Assembly: GCA_037917675.1 (NCBI GenBank)
Contig: JAVCBW010000024.1
Coordinates: forward strand, 1-37,163
Direction of reading: 5' to 3'
Source of the DNA: Thermoproteota archaeon
GTDB taxonomy: Archaea > Korarchaeota > Korarchaeia > B14-G2
DNA: 37,163 nt
Each line of letters starts with the position of its first letter. Position 1 is the stretch's first letter. Both the position numbers and the translations under genes were made by a program. Under the pieces are notes generated by a model that worked only from the letters and a program-made list of their open reading frames with translations, did not search any database and was not told where the DNA came from. This document shows, piece after piece, positions 17,759 through 28,055 of the stretch.

Positions 17759-19435
17759 ATGCCACTTGATGAGAGGCCATGGTTTAAGTTTTATCCTGAA
17801 AGGGTCCCTAGGAGCATAGAGTATCCGAAAAAGACGCTACACCAGGTGCTCAGAGAGAGTGCTAAGAGAGTACCTGACAAAGCTGCCCTCATCTACTTTG
17901 GTAGGAAGGTCACGTTTAGGGAGTTAGATGAGCTGAGTGACAGGTTTGCTGCCGCACTAGCCGGCATGGGTGTGAGGAAAGGTGACAAGATAGCTATAAT
18001 GCTTCCAAACTGCCCTCAGTTCGCGATAGCATACTACGGTGCATTGAAGGCTGGCGCAGCCATTGTCCCACTCAACCCCCTGTATACTCCTAGAGAAATA
18101 GAGTATGTTTTGAATAATTCTGAGGCAAAGATCATAGTTGTACTTGATCAGATCTATGACAGAGTTAAGGAGGTCAAAGACAAAACTAAGCTTGAGCATG
18201 TAGTGTATACTAGCATAGTGGACTTTATGCCTCCATTCACCAAGCTTCTGGCTGGAGTCTTTAAGGGGCTGAAGCCACTGAGGATACCTGAGGCAACAAG
18301 CTTCCTAGAGCTGCTCGGAAAGTACCCGCCTAAACCACCTGAAGTTGATATCAAGCCAGATGAGCTTGCGATGCTCCTCTATACTGGAGGTACCACAGGA
18401 GTGCCTAAGGGAGTCATGCTCACACACTTTAACCTCCTAAGCAATGCAGTTCAGACATGCAGAGTAGGGTACATAGATGAAGATGCAGTTGTTCTCGGGG
18501 TGCTCCCACTCTTCCACTCATATGGCCTCACGACCGTGCTGAACTCAGCGATATACATGGGTATTACAGCCGTAATACTACCTAGATTCTCACCTGAAGA
18601 AGTCTTTAAGGCCGTCAAGAAGTATAAGCCTACACACTTCCCTGGTGTACCCACAATGTACATTGCACTACTGAACCACCCTGCACTAAGCAAGTATAGG
18701 GAGCACATGAGGAGCATAAAGTACTGCATATCAGGAGCAGCCCCACTTCCAGTGGAGGTAGCTAAGAGGTGGAGGGAAGTCACTGGAGGCATGATAGTAG
18801 AGGGCTATGGGCTATCTGAGGCGAGCCCAGTGACGCATGTCAACCCACTTGATGACATAAGGAAGGTGAAGCCTGGCTCAATAGGCATACCACTACCGGA
18901 CACAGATGCTAGGATAGTAGACTTGGAGACTGGTGAGAAGGAGCTGCCTCCAGGAGAAGTCGGGGAGCTTGTAGTGAAAGGGCCTCAGGTAGGCTTAGGC
19001 TACTGGAAGATGCCTGAGGAAACTAAGAATACATTCAGAGAAGGATGGCTCTATACAGGTGACATAGCTAAGATGGATGAAGACGGCTACTTCTACATAG
19101 TAGACAGGAAGAAGGATATGATAAATGTAGGTGGCTTGAAGGCTTGGCCTAGAGAAATAGAGGAGGTTCTCTACCAGCATCCTGCAGTCAAGCTGGCTGC
19201 TGCAGTCGGGATCCCAGATGAGTACTATGGTGAAGTTCCTAAGGCCTTTGTAGTGCTTAAAGACGAGTATAAGGGTAAGGTCAAGCCAGAGGAGATAATA
19301 GAGTTCTGCAGAGAGAGATTAGCCAAGTATAAGGTGCCGAAGCAAGTAGAGTTCAGGGAAGAGCTGCCAACCACGCTAGTAGGGAAGGTACTCAGAAGAG
19401 TGCTTAAGGAGGAAGAGCTGAGGAAGAGAGGCTAA
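17759..19435 (+). CDS. Long-chain acyl-CoA synthetase (FadD-like AMP-binding enzyme)
   Basis: YTGGTTGVPKG, EGYGLSEASP, TGD..DRKKD and LPTTLVGK motifs. Confidence 0.95.
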   Translation: MPLDERPWFKFYPERVPRSIEYPKKTLHQVLRESAKRVPDKAALIYFGRKVTFRELDELSDRFAAALAGMGVRKGDKIAIMLPNCPQFAIAYYGALKAGAAIVPLNPLYTPREIEYVLNNSEAKIIVVLDQIYDRVKEVKDKTKLEHVVYTSIVDFMPPFTKLLAGVFKGLKPLRIPEATSFLELLGKYPPKPPEVDIKPDELAMLLYTGGTTGVPKGVMLTHFNLLSNAVQTCRVGYIDEDAVVLGVLPLFHSYGLTTVLNSAIYMGITAVILPRFSPEEVFKAVKKYKPTHFPGVPTMYIALLNHPALSKYREHMRSIKYCISGAAPLPVEVAKRWREVTGGMIVEGYGLSEASPVTHVNPLDDIRKVKPGSIGIPLPDTDARIVDLETGEKELPPGEVGELVVKGPQVGLGYWKMPEETKNTFREGWLYTGDIAKMDEDGYFYIVDRKKDMINVGGLKAWPREIEEVLYQHPAVKLAAAVGIPDEYYGEVPKAFVVLKDEYKGKVKPEEIIEFCRERLAKYKVPKQVEFREELPTTLVGKVLRRVLKEEELRKRG

Positions 19436-19460
19436 CCGTTCTGGCTCTCCGCCACTTTCG

Positions 19461-20573
19461 ATGCTACAAAAGCATCCTTATGCTACAAATCCAACACTAT
19501 ACATTTCTCCCCCTACTTTTTGGCTGGTCTCCTTGAGCCTACCTGCTAAGCTTAAGCAGGCTATCGAGCTTAAGGAGGGGGAAGTAGGCTACCTGTGTAG
19601 CTATACTCCAGAGGAGATTCTTGAGGCTTCAGGTAGGAGCTACAGTAGGATACTGGGTTCTGACGTCACCTACTTAGCTGACTCAGCTATCCCGACTTTC
19701 ACATGTAGGTTTGCTAGGAGATGTCTAGAGCAGGTGCTTAGTGGAAGGTTTAGAAGGATAGTTGGAGCCTATACCTGTGACACCATGAGGAGTATAGCGA
19801 GTGTAGCAAGCTGGAGAGGAGTAGACACATGCTTCATCAACATTCCTAGGGATGCTAGCAAGAAGAGGAGCTCAGAGTACTTTGTCAGAGAGCTTGAGAA
19901 GCTGATGGGGTTCCTCAAGACATCAGAGGAGAGGGTTGAGGAGGCTATTAGGGTCTGTGAAGAGGATAGGAGAGCTGTCATGAAGCTTGCTGAGTTCAGA
20001 GCAATGGATGAGCCACCAATCACAGGATTAGAAGCCTATCTAGTTGAGCTGAGCGGGATGCTTATGCCGAAGGAGGAGCACTTGGAGCTTGTTCAGAAGC
20101 TGCTAGATAAGCTACCCTCCAGGAGTGGAGTCCCCGGAGCTAGGGTAATGGTTATCGGAAGCGTCCTGACGAATATAAGGATGCTGGAGGCTATTGAGAG
20201 AGGAGGCTGTGTCGTCGTATACGACGACCTCTGTACTGGATGCAGGTTCTATTTGGGGCTAGCACCAGCTTCAGGCAAGCCTCTGGAGAGGATAGCTGCC
20301 AGGTACATTGAGAGAGCTAGATGCCCTTGTATCACGCCATTCTCTGAGAGAGCAGGGTACATCATGGAGCAAGCTAGGAAGTTCAGGGCTCAGGGAGCTA
20401 TATTTCTGCTCCAGAAGTTCTGTGACCCACATTCATTCGAGTATCCAGCGCTCAAGAGGATGCTTGAGTCTATTGGTGTTAAGACCATGCTTTTCGAGAC
20501 AGAGGAGGGGGCAGCTGAGGTTGAGAAGCTCAGGATAGCTGCTGAAGGCTTCGTGGAGAGGCTTGGTGGCTGA
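19461..20573 (+). CDS. 2-hydroxyacyl-CoA dehydratase / benzoyl-CoA reductase family subunit (HgdB/BcrC/BzdN-like)
   Basis: GYLCSYTPEE, CRFARRC, TCD, DDLCTG and QKFCDPH motifs. The start may be TTG at 19533. Confidence 0.85.
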   Translation: MLQKHPYATNPTLYISPPTFWLVSLSLPAKLKQAIELKEGEVGYLCSYTPEEILEASGRSYSRILGSDVTYLADSAIPTFTCRFARRCLEQVLSGRFRRIVGAYTCDTMRSIASVASWRGVDTCFINIPRDASKKRSSEYFVRELEKLMGFLKTSEERVEEAIRVCEEDRRAVMKLAEFRAMDEPPITGLEAYLVELSGMLMPKEEHLELVQKLLDKLPSRSGVPGARVMVIGSVLTNIRMLEAIERGGCVVVYDDLCTGCRFYLGLAPASGKPLERIAARYIERARCPCITPFSERAGYIMEQARKFRAQGAIFLLQKFCDPHSFEYPALKRMLESIGVKTMLFETEEGAAEVEKLRIAAEGFVERLGG

Positions 20574-21780
20574 AATGAGAGCTAGCAGGCTAGCTACAGC
20601 CAGGGAGATATCCTATGCCATAGGAGCTAGAGTACTTGCTGCAAAGCTCTACAAGGAGCAGGGTAGCAGGAAGGTAGCTTGGGTGACAGCCCTAAGCCCA
20701 GTTGAAGTCCTCTATGCAGCAGACTTCATGCCGCTCTATCCAGAGCAGTACTCTGCTGCATGTGGTGCATTCAAAATGTCACTTGAGCTAGTGGAGAGAG
20801 CTGAGAAAGCAGGCTATCCACAGGACCTATGCTCCTATTTCAGGTGTAATATGGGGCATGTCCTCTCTGGAGATGGGCCTTTAGGAGGGCTTGCTAAGCC
20901 AGATTTCCTCCTTCTCTCAGGTAACTTCTGCTTGACTAGAGTGAAGTGGTGGGAGATCCTCTCAGAGGAGCTTAAAGCCCCGCTCTTCCACATTGACATC
21001 CCCTTTGTAACAGAGGAAGACAGGTGGCACCTGGAGTATGTCACGTGGCAGATTGAGGAGCTGATCTCTCTCCTAGGTGAGCTTGGGGCAGAAGTCACAC
21101 AAGACAGCTTAAGGAGGAGCGTCGAGCTCTCAGATGAGGCCTCTAAGCTCTGGAATGAGGTCATGAACCTGAGGAAGGCTAAGCCATGCCCCATGGGCGC
21201 CAGAGACGCGTTCACAAGCATGTTCTTGATCGTGACGTGTCCAGGCCACCCTATTGCAGTAGTCCTCCTCAAAAGACTGCTCAAGGAGGTCAGAGAGAGG
21301 GTAGCTGATGGAAGAGGAGCCTTAGAGGAGGAGAGGTTCAGAGTGATGCTAGATAACATACCGACATGGCATGATCCCTGGATTATCAACTACCTGGAAG
21401 AGAAGGGCGCCATATCAGTAGCAGAGACCTACACGTACTCAGTGTGGTCCCCTAGGCTAGACTCCTCTAGGCCTCTCGAGAGCCTTGCCAGAAAGTGCCT
21501 TCATGCAGGGCTTAATGAGAGCTTTGAGAGAAGAATAAGGGCTACAGTTAAGGTAGCTAAGGAGTTTGAGATAGATGGAGCTGTGATCCATGCCAACAGA
21601 AGCTGTAAGCCGTATTCCTCCTGGGCCTATGAGCTTAAGAGAGCTCTCAGAGAGGAGCTTGAAGTCCCTAGCGCCATTTTTGAAGCAGACATGGTGGACC
21701 CTAGGGTGTTCTCGAGAGAGCAAATTAGAGCAAGGCTGGATGCGCTGATAGAGGCGATGGCTGAGAAAGCGAGGAGATGA
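20563..21780 (+). CDS. 2-hydroxyacyl-CoA dehydratase / benzoyl-CoA reductase family subunit (HgdA/BcrB/BzdO-like)
   Basis: YPE...A.CGA, GYPQDLCSY, NFC...KWWE, NRSCKP and EADMVD motifs. Confidence 0.88.
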   Translation: MVAEMRASRLATAREISYAIGARVLAAKLYKEQGSRKVAWVTALSPVEVLYAADFMPLYPEQYSAACGAFKMSLELVERAEKAGYPQDLCSYFRCNMGHVLSGDGPLGGLAKPDFLLLSGNFCLTRVKWWEILSEELKAPLFHIDIPFVTEEDRWHLEYVTWQIEELISLLGELGAEVTQDSLRRSVELSDEASKLWNEVMNLRKAKPCPMGARDAFTSMFLIVTCPGHPIAVVLLKRLLKEVRERVADGRGALEEERFRVMLDNIPTWHDPWIINYLEEKGAISVAETYTYSVWSPRLDSSRPLESLARKCLHAGLNESFERRIRATVKVAKEFEIDGAVIHANRSCKPYSSWAYELKRALREELEVPSAIFEADMVDPRVFSREQIRARLDALIEAMAEKARR

Positions 21781-22379
21781 ACATGAAGACTCTAGTAGTC
21801 AACCTCTACCTAGACAAAGAGAGATACGGGCGTAGCTTTAGCAGGCTCCTCAGTGAGCTAAGGAATGCAAGTAGCGCATCGCTTGAGCCAGCATACTACA
21901 CTGAGATAGAGGACATAAGCAAGTATGACTGCGTGGTTTTAAGCGGGACAGAAGGCTGCCTAAGTGAGCCAAACACTGCTAGGAAGTTCAGCAAGCTTGC
22001 CTCAGCCATAAGAGAAGCTGAAACCCCAGTGCTCGGCATATGTGGAGGGCATCAGCTGATAGGTCTAGCATACTCGAGGAGGGTAGTCAACCTAGGCAAG
22101 CTGATAAAAGGCTTTAAGGAAGTCAGAGCTACGGCTGCTGATGAAGTCTTCGAGGGGCTACCTGAGACCATACTCGTGTATGAGAGCCACAGTGAGTGTG
22201 TTGAAATGCTTCCAGAAGGCTTCGTTAAGCTAGCCACCTCAGAGGACACTGATATAGAGGCCATGAAGCTAAGCTACCCACTCAGATATGGCTTCCAATT
22301 CCATCCTGAGAGACATGATAGAGAGCACCCTCATGGTAGAGTAGTGCTCATGAACTTCTTTAGGATCCTGCGTAGATGA
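21777..22379 (+). CDS. Class I glutamine amidotransferase (stand-alone, GuaA-like)
   Basis: LGICGGHQ nucleophile elbow, ESH and QFHPE triad; ATGA overlap with the upstream gene. Confidence 0.9.
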   Translation: MNMKTLVVNLYLDKERYGRSFSRLLSELRNASSASLEPAYYTEIEDISKYDCVVLSGTEGCLSEPNTARKFSKLASAIREAETPVLGICGGHQLIGLAYSRRVVNLGKLIKGFKEVRATAADEVFEGLPETILVYESHSECVEMLPEGFVKLATSEDTDIEAMKLSYPLRYGFQFHPERHDREHPHGRVVLMNFFRILRR

Positions 22380-22480
22380 GAAGACCCTTACATGAGGCTT
22401 ATCTGCCTTCATACTACCTTAACAGCTAACTGAGCCAGTAGAGCTTGAGGCAGGAGACGGAAGCTAAAATTAGCGTGCAG

Positions 22481-23065
22481 CTACATCTCTGAGGAGCTAG
22501 TTGACAACTCAAGTGAAGGGCATGTTAGGAAGCCGCCGACATGAGACTTAGCAAGCCTGTGGTAGAATAGGGCATGGTTTCTTATCATTGAGTATGTTGT
22601 ATCATCTACCTTCCTCACTACCTTAGCTGGGACACCTACCACAATAGATCTAGGAGGCACCATCATGCCCTCAAGAACCACAGCACCCATCCCGACTATA
22701 GACCCCTCTCCAACCACTGCCTGATTGAAGACTATAGCTTTCACCCCGATCATGACTGTGTCCTCTACTCTGCAGCCATGGACTACTGCACCGTGAGCTA
22801 TAGTCACATAGCTCCCAACCTCAACTGGAGTATGTGAAACTAGCTTACTGCCCTCATATACGTCTCCGCCATGCAGCACAGCATTCTCCTGTATGTTCGT
22901 GAACTCTCCTATCCTTATCTTCGCAACATCTCCTCTGAGAACTGCTCCAGGGAAAACTGAGCTACCTCTCCCAATCTCCACATCACCGACTATGAGAGCT
23001 TGAGGGGAGACCATGGCTTCAGGGTGTATCCTAGGCTTCTTGCCATTATACTCGAGGACAGGCAT
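22481..23065 (-). CDS. Gamma-carbonic-anhydrase-like hexapeptide repeat protein (PaaY/CaiE/YrdA family)
   Basis: LRGD, NIQEN..LH, TIAHGAVVHGC and GVPAK motifs. Confidence 0.92.
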   Translation of the reverse strand: MPVLEYNGKKPRIHPEAMVSPQALIVGDVEIGRGSSVFPGAVLRGDVAKIRIGEFTNIQENAVLHGGDVYEGSKLVSHTPVEVGSYVTIAHGAVVHGCRVEDTVMIGVKAIVFNQAVVGEGSIVGMGAVVLEGMMVPPRSIVVGVPAKVVRKVDDTTYSMIRNHALFYHRLAKSHVGGFLTCPSLELSTSSSEM

Positions 23066-23842
23066 CTACTTCACCTCCTCCAGAGCTATTACGGCAGCTC
23101 CTAGAGCTCCAACCACCTGAGGGTCTATCGGAGGCCTTTTAACCTCTACCCCCAGCTTCCTCTCCAGCATTCTAATGAAGCCTTCATTCTTAGCTATACC
23201 ACCAGTCACCATCACATCCCTCTCAACACCAACCTTATACACTAGAGAAGCTATCCTCCCAGCTATCGAATCGTTTACCCCAGCTGCTATGTCAGCTATA
23301 TCCCAGCCCTCAGCTATGAGCCCTATGACCTCAGTCTCAGCGAATACGCTGCACTGGCTTGTTATTTTAGCTGGCCTCCTAGCTTTAAGAGACAGAGGGC
23401 CAAGCTCCTCTACACTAACTTCTAATGCCTGAGCCATTATCTCTAGGAAGCGGCCAGTACCAGCTGCACACTTCTCATTCATTATGAAGTCTATAACCCT
23501 ACCCTCTGGATCAACCTTTATAGCCTTGCTATCCTGCCCACCCACATCTATGACAGTCCTCACAGATGGAAGCAGATAGAAAGCCCCTTTAGCATGGCAG
23601 GTTATCTCAGATATACATCTATCAGCAAAGGGTATCCTAAGCCTACCGTATCCAGTTCCTATGATATACTTGACTTCATCTACCCCGATGCCAGCCTTAG
23701 ACAGAGCTTCCTCGAAAGCCTCTCTAGCTGTCTTCTCAGGCCTAGGAGAAGACCTCACGATGCTATATGAAACTACACCACTACTATTCAGTAGGACCGC
23801 TTTGCCAGTGAGGGAGCCCACGTCGATGCCAGCCACAAGCAC
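23066..23842 (-). CDS. Acyl-CoA dehydratase activase (HgdC/BadF-BadG-BcrA-BcrD ASKHA ATPase)
   Basis: GIDVGS, TGYGR, DVGGQDSK, NEKCAAGTG and CSVFAE motifs. Confidence 0.93.
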   Translation of the reverse strand: MLVAGIDVGSLTGKAVLLNSSGVVSYSIVRSSPRPEKTAREAFEEALSKAGIGVDEVKYIIGTGYGRLRIPFADRCISEITCHAKGAFYLLPSVRTVIDVGGQDSKAIKVDPEGRVIDFIMNEKCAAGTGRFLEIMAQALEVSVEELGPLSLKARRPAKITSQCSVFAETEVIGLIAEGWDIADIAAGVNDSIAGRIASLVYKVGVERDVMVTGGIAKNEGFIRMLERKLGVEVKRPPIDPQVVGALGAAVIALEEVK

Positions 23843-24105
23843 AAGGATCCCTATAGCTCGTGAGCATAGGGTATAAAAGATCCTGCCCCTAAAGCCATCA
23901 GGAGCATAGAACCAGCTCTGCTAAAGCACCTCAGAAGCAACTGATAGTATACTTGACAGCCTCCTCTAGATCTCTCAGAGACAGGCAGCCAATGGACACT
24001 ATCTAGTTCCAGTAGCCTCTACTTACTCCAGCCCTCTTCCTCATTCTTGACTTGGCTTTAAAAGCCATAAGGCTTCGCCTAGGCTCTGAGCTTATCACAG
24101 CATCC

Positions 24106-25260
24106 CTATGTAGTGCTAGGATTATCTGTAGGCCTCGTCTTCGCTAGCAGCATGGTGTTTGCTGCCAGAATCATAGCTGATGCCATGAAAGGCATGTAGT
24201 GTGCGATGTCATATAAGAGGCCTCCTAGGACTGGCGCTGGTATGGCTGCTGCCGTACGGTATGCTGTTATCTTGCTGAACTCAGCTACTCTCTGCTCTTC
24301 TGGTGTCAGAGCTGCTATGAGCTTGTTGTATGATGGGATCCAGGTTGAGATCGAGAGGCCTATGGCTGCAAATGCTGCCAGAGCTGCTTTATATGAAGTC
24401 GATACCGCCAGGATAGCTGCTGCCACAGCCCCTAGAGCTTCTGAAGCCAGCAAAGTTGGTATAGCACCAGCTCTATCTACAAGAACTCCACTAGCCATCT
24501 GGGAGAGAAACCAGCTTATATTCATCACACTCGCCAGAGCACCTACCTGCAATGGAGTCGCTGACAGCTCCTTTGACACGTGAGCATATACTATGGGCAT
24601 CCAGACCATCCAGCCAAATCTGTCCATTGAGGAAAAGAAGTAGATAGCTTTCAGCCTCCCTAGTGGAGCTAGGCTAAGCCTCAGAGGCGCCTGATTAACC
24701 CTCTCCTCTCTTATAGCTAGGGCTGCAATGGAAGCTATAGCCATGAACACTGCAGCAGACGCCACTCCAAGCCTCAGCCCAATCTTCTCTGCCATAAGGC
24801 CACCTAAAGCTGGAACCACGATATTAGGCACTACTCTAAATGTCGTTATGAGAGCATATGCTGTCCCCATCCTCGAGGAGGGAGAAGACTCAGCTACAAC
24901 TACAGACCTAATAGGAACTCCCAGGTAGAATGATAGCTCAAAGAGCATCAGGCTAGCTGCTATATGAGCTAGGCTCCTAGCCTGAGAGCATAGGACCGCC
25001 CCTACTGTGGCTGAGATGTAAGCTATCACGAGCAGGTCTCTTTTCTCAAGCTTACCTGCTATATGCCCAGTAGCTACCAGAGCAAGAGAGGTGAAGGCTG
25101 TCGAAGCTGCTGAAGCCAACCCTAAGCTGCTGACCTTAACCCCTATAGAGACAGCTAAGACAGGGTATAAAGGCCTGAATATGTTGTAAGCTACACCAGA
25201 AGCTACACCTATGACAGATAAGACAGCTATGTTCCTCCTATCAAAGCCTGAAGCCCTCAT
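24106..25260 (-). CDS. MFS transporter
   Basis: 384 aa with about 12 hydrophobic segments; G.L.DR.G motif and PVLGGLLYD. Confidence 0.9.
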   Translation of the reverse strand: MRASGFDRRNIAVLSVIGVASGVAYNIFRPLYPVLAVSIGVKVSSLGLASAASTAFTSLALVATGHIAGKLEKRDLLVIAYISATVGAVLCSQARSLAHIAASLMLFELSFYLGVPIRSVVVAESSPSSRMGTAYALITTFRVVPNIVVPALGGLMAEKIGLRLGVASAAVFMAIASIAALAIREERVNQAPLRLSLAPLGRLKAIYFFSSMDRFGWMVWMPIVYAHVSKELSATPLQVGALASVMNISWFLSQMASGVLVDRAGAIPTLLASEALGAVAAAILAVSTSYKAALAAFAAIGLSISTWIPSYNKLIAALTPEEQRVAEFSKITAYRTAAAIPAPVLGGLLYDIAHYMPFMASAMILAANTMLLAKTRPTDNPSTT

Positions 25261-25938
25261 CTCACTGCTGCAGCTAGAGCAAGCTAAAATCTCTTAAACA
25301 TTACGTACCAGCTATACGCAAGGAAAACCTAGAGAGAGCACTATGTAGCATGACCAAGCTAGCTCACGCAGGAGACGTTAATATAGCTAAAGCTGGTGGC
25401 TAGGAGGCTAAAACACAGAATCAGCATAATTAGAGATATGATAGCCATGCTATAACTGGCGATAGCATAGTCCCTCTCAAGCTCTCCTCGGATATATTAT
25501 CAGGTAGCCTCCCTCTTTCTCCCAGCGATAGCTGCTTAGGTGGCTCTCTGGCTTCAGCTGGAATCCAGTAGTGTATATGTAGCTTTAAGGAGGCCATCAG
25601 CTCAGACAACAGGCTCTCTTGTAGCAGAGGAGAGAGATATAGGGGGAATCAGGCTGCGATAGGGTATGTGGAGATTCTGTAAGATTTAGGGTGAAGCTAG
25701 TGGGTGATTAAGCTACCATGCTGGCACTAGAGGCTATTAGTTGCCTTAAATTAAATGATACTAAACCGCAAGCATTTCACTTAGAAGTTAGGAAAGGTAG
25801 GCAGCAGGCAAGCTGATATCATTAGAGCTGTAGCATATGGAGCTTACCAGTCTTGCAGCTGGCATCACCTTGCTTCAGTTAGATGGCAGTAGGCTGCTGA
25901 GTTTATAGGTTTATGAAAGTGGGGTCTGGGGCCCAGGT

Positions 25939-27150
25939 ATGAGTGATGTGGTTGAGTTACTTAGTAGGCTGATAGAAGTAGATACGACTACAGCCAACCC
26001 AGATGAGGGATATGTGAACAGAGGTGATTATGGGAGGGCTTTAGATGTACTCTTGTCTTGCTGTAGGGATTGGGGGCTTGAAGCTAGGTACATTGATGTC
26101 GGAGACAGGAGGGTTGGGCTTAAGCCTCATTTGCTTGTCAGGGTAGGGAGCAAGGGAGCTACTCTCCTGCTGCTTACGCATTTTGATGTTGTCCCAGCTG
26201 ACGCTAGAGAGTGGAGTACGCCTCCCTTTGAGGCTAGGGTCCATGATGGGAGGGTCTATGGGCGTGGTGCTGCTGATAATAAGGGAGCTTTGGCAGCTTG
26301 CCTCACTGCTCTGGGTGAGCTTGCTGGCGAGAGCCTTGAAAACACTATTGTGCTTCTTGCAGCATGCGATGAAGAATGTGGTGGGCCATATGGTGTAAGG
26401 AGGATTGCTGAAGTGCTTGCTGAGAGTAAGCTTGGAATTAGGCCAGATCTATGCTGGGTTGTAGACGCTTACTCAGAGTATATTGCTGTAGGAGCTAGCG
26501 GCTCCATAATCCTCAAGGTTGAAGTTGAAGGGAAAGGAGGCCACTCAGCCTATCCCTATAGAGCCCTGAACCCGATATATCCTCTAGCTCAAGTAGCCCT
26601 TAGGATTGAGGAGTGGGGTAGAGAGCTTGAGGAGCATGAGCTCTCAGAGCACCCGTGTATGGAAGGCTACACTATGGTGCCTGCTCGAGCCTCAGTTACA
26701 GCGTTCGTAGCAAACCCCTCTATGGCAGGTAACATCATACCTGAGAGAGGGGCTCTCAAGCTTAACCTCAGAGTTCCACCTGGACTTGACATGAGGAGGC
26801 TTGAGCTGGAAGCTATTAGGAGGATAACGTCAGTTGTGGGGAACAGGTGGAGCAGCTATAGGGCTAGAGTCGAGGTTGAAGAGGCATTTAAGCCATACTA
26901 CACTGACTTAAGCAGAAGCCGAGAGGCATCTTGGCTTGTCTCACTCCTAAGAGAAGATAAGCCTGAGCTTCAGTGTGCTGTCGAGCTGGCTTCGAATGAT
27001 GGATGCTATTTCAGCTGGCTTCCAGTAGTGTGCTATGGGTGCATCAGAAGAGACTGCAACATTCATGCACCAGATGAGTTCGTCTACATAGAAGATCTAG
27101 AGAGGCTGAAGGATGCTGTGAAGAAGGCTGCTCTAACTGAGCTCAGGTAG
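25939..27150 (+). CDS. M20 metallo-hydrolase (ArgE/DapE family)
   Basis: HFDVVP, YGRGAADNKG, DEECGG, GKGGHSA and NIHAPDE motifs. Confidence 0.92.
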   Translation: MSDVVELLSRLIEVDTTTANPDEGYVNRGDYGRALDVLLSCCRDWGLEARYIDVGDRRVGLKPHLLVRVGSKGATLLLLTHFDVVPADAREWSTPPFEARVHDGRVYGRGAADNKGALAACLTALGELAGESLENTIVLLAACDEECGGPYGVRRIAEVLAESKLGIRPDLCWVVDAYSEYIAVGASGSIILKVEVEGKGGHSAYPYRALNPIYPLAQVALRIEEWGRELEEHELSEHPCMEGYTMVPARASVTAFVANPSMAGNIIPERGALKLNLRVPPGLDMRRLELEAIRRITSVVGNRWSSYRARVEVEEAFKPYYTDLSRSREASWLVSLLREDKPELQCAVELASNDGCYFSWLPVVCYGCIRRDCNIHAPDEFVYIEDLERLKDAVKKAALTELR

Positions 27151-27200
27151 GGGTATAGTTAGCCTCTGAAGGTTCTATACTCTGCAGCAGCCGTGCCATG

Positions 27201-28055
27201 TCATCTTGGGACGCCTTCTTTTGCCACCCTGAATTGTCTAGCACACTTCTCACATACCTTAGCCTTGTATGAGTAGGCTGCTGAGATGAAGTACAGTAGG
27301 CTTGCTATCACACCTCCTAGCGCACTAGGTGGGAGGTTCAGAGGGACTGCTAGGAGGACTCCGGTTACAGCTGAGGTTATTGAAAAGGCTACCGAGAAAA
27401 TCATCATCCTCTCAAGTGTATGGGTGATCTGGTAGGCTGCTGCAGCAGGAGCAACTAGAAATACTATGGTGAGTATTGAGCCCACTACTCTCAAGCATAC
27501 AGCTGAAGCGAGAGCTATCAGAGCTAGCATGAGAGTGTGGTATAGCTTGACGTTTAGCCCCATTGCCTCAGCTACCTCAAAGTCGAATGTTATGAACTTG
27601 AACTCCTTGTATGCTAGCGCTATGGCTGAGACAGTCACTGCTGTAGCTAGAGCCAGCACCGAGATTTCTTCCATGGAGACTCCTAAGACATCTCCCACTA
27701 GGAACCTCCATGCTACAACCATATACTCGCTTGTCATGGCTATCAGGAGGACTGCTATAGCTGTGGTGAATCCAAATGACATTCCTATGATTGTTTCCAT
27801 CCTCCCTTTCTCCCTTAGCCCAATGCCCGCTACTATAAGCGAAAACAAGACTGCAGCTATAGCGCCACCGACATATGGTGGTGCTCCAATCAGGTAGCCT
27901 GCTACTGCTCCAGCTAGGGCTGTGTGAGCTACTGCAGCCCCCATAGAGGATAACCCTCTTAGGACTGTGAAGCAGCCTACTATGGCAGTGACCACGCTTG
28001 CTACCGACGCTGCTAGTAGAGCCTGTATTATAAGGCTAAGCGTGAGTATCACCAC
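27201..28055 (-). CDS. Zn/Mn ABC transporter permease (ZnuB/MntB family)
   Basis: AVAHTALAG, TFDFEVAEAMG and VVGSIL motifs; multiple TM helices. Confidence 0.93.
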   Translation of the reverse strand: MVILTLSLIIQALLAASVASVVTAIVGCFTVLRGLSSMGAAVAHTALAGAVAGYLIGAPPYVGGAIAAVLFSLIVAGIGLREKGRMETIIGMSFGFTTAIAVLLIAMTSEYMVVAWRFLVGDVLGVSMEEISVLALATAVTVSAIALAYKEFKFITFDFEVAEAMGLNVKLYHTLMLALIALASAVCLRVVGSILTIVFLVAPAAAAYQITHTLERMMIFSVAFSITSAVTGVLLAVPLNLPPSALGGVIASLLYFISAAYSYKAKVCEKCARQFRVAKEGVPR

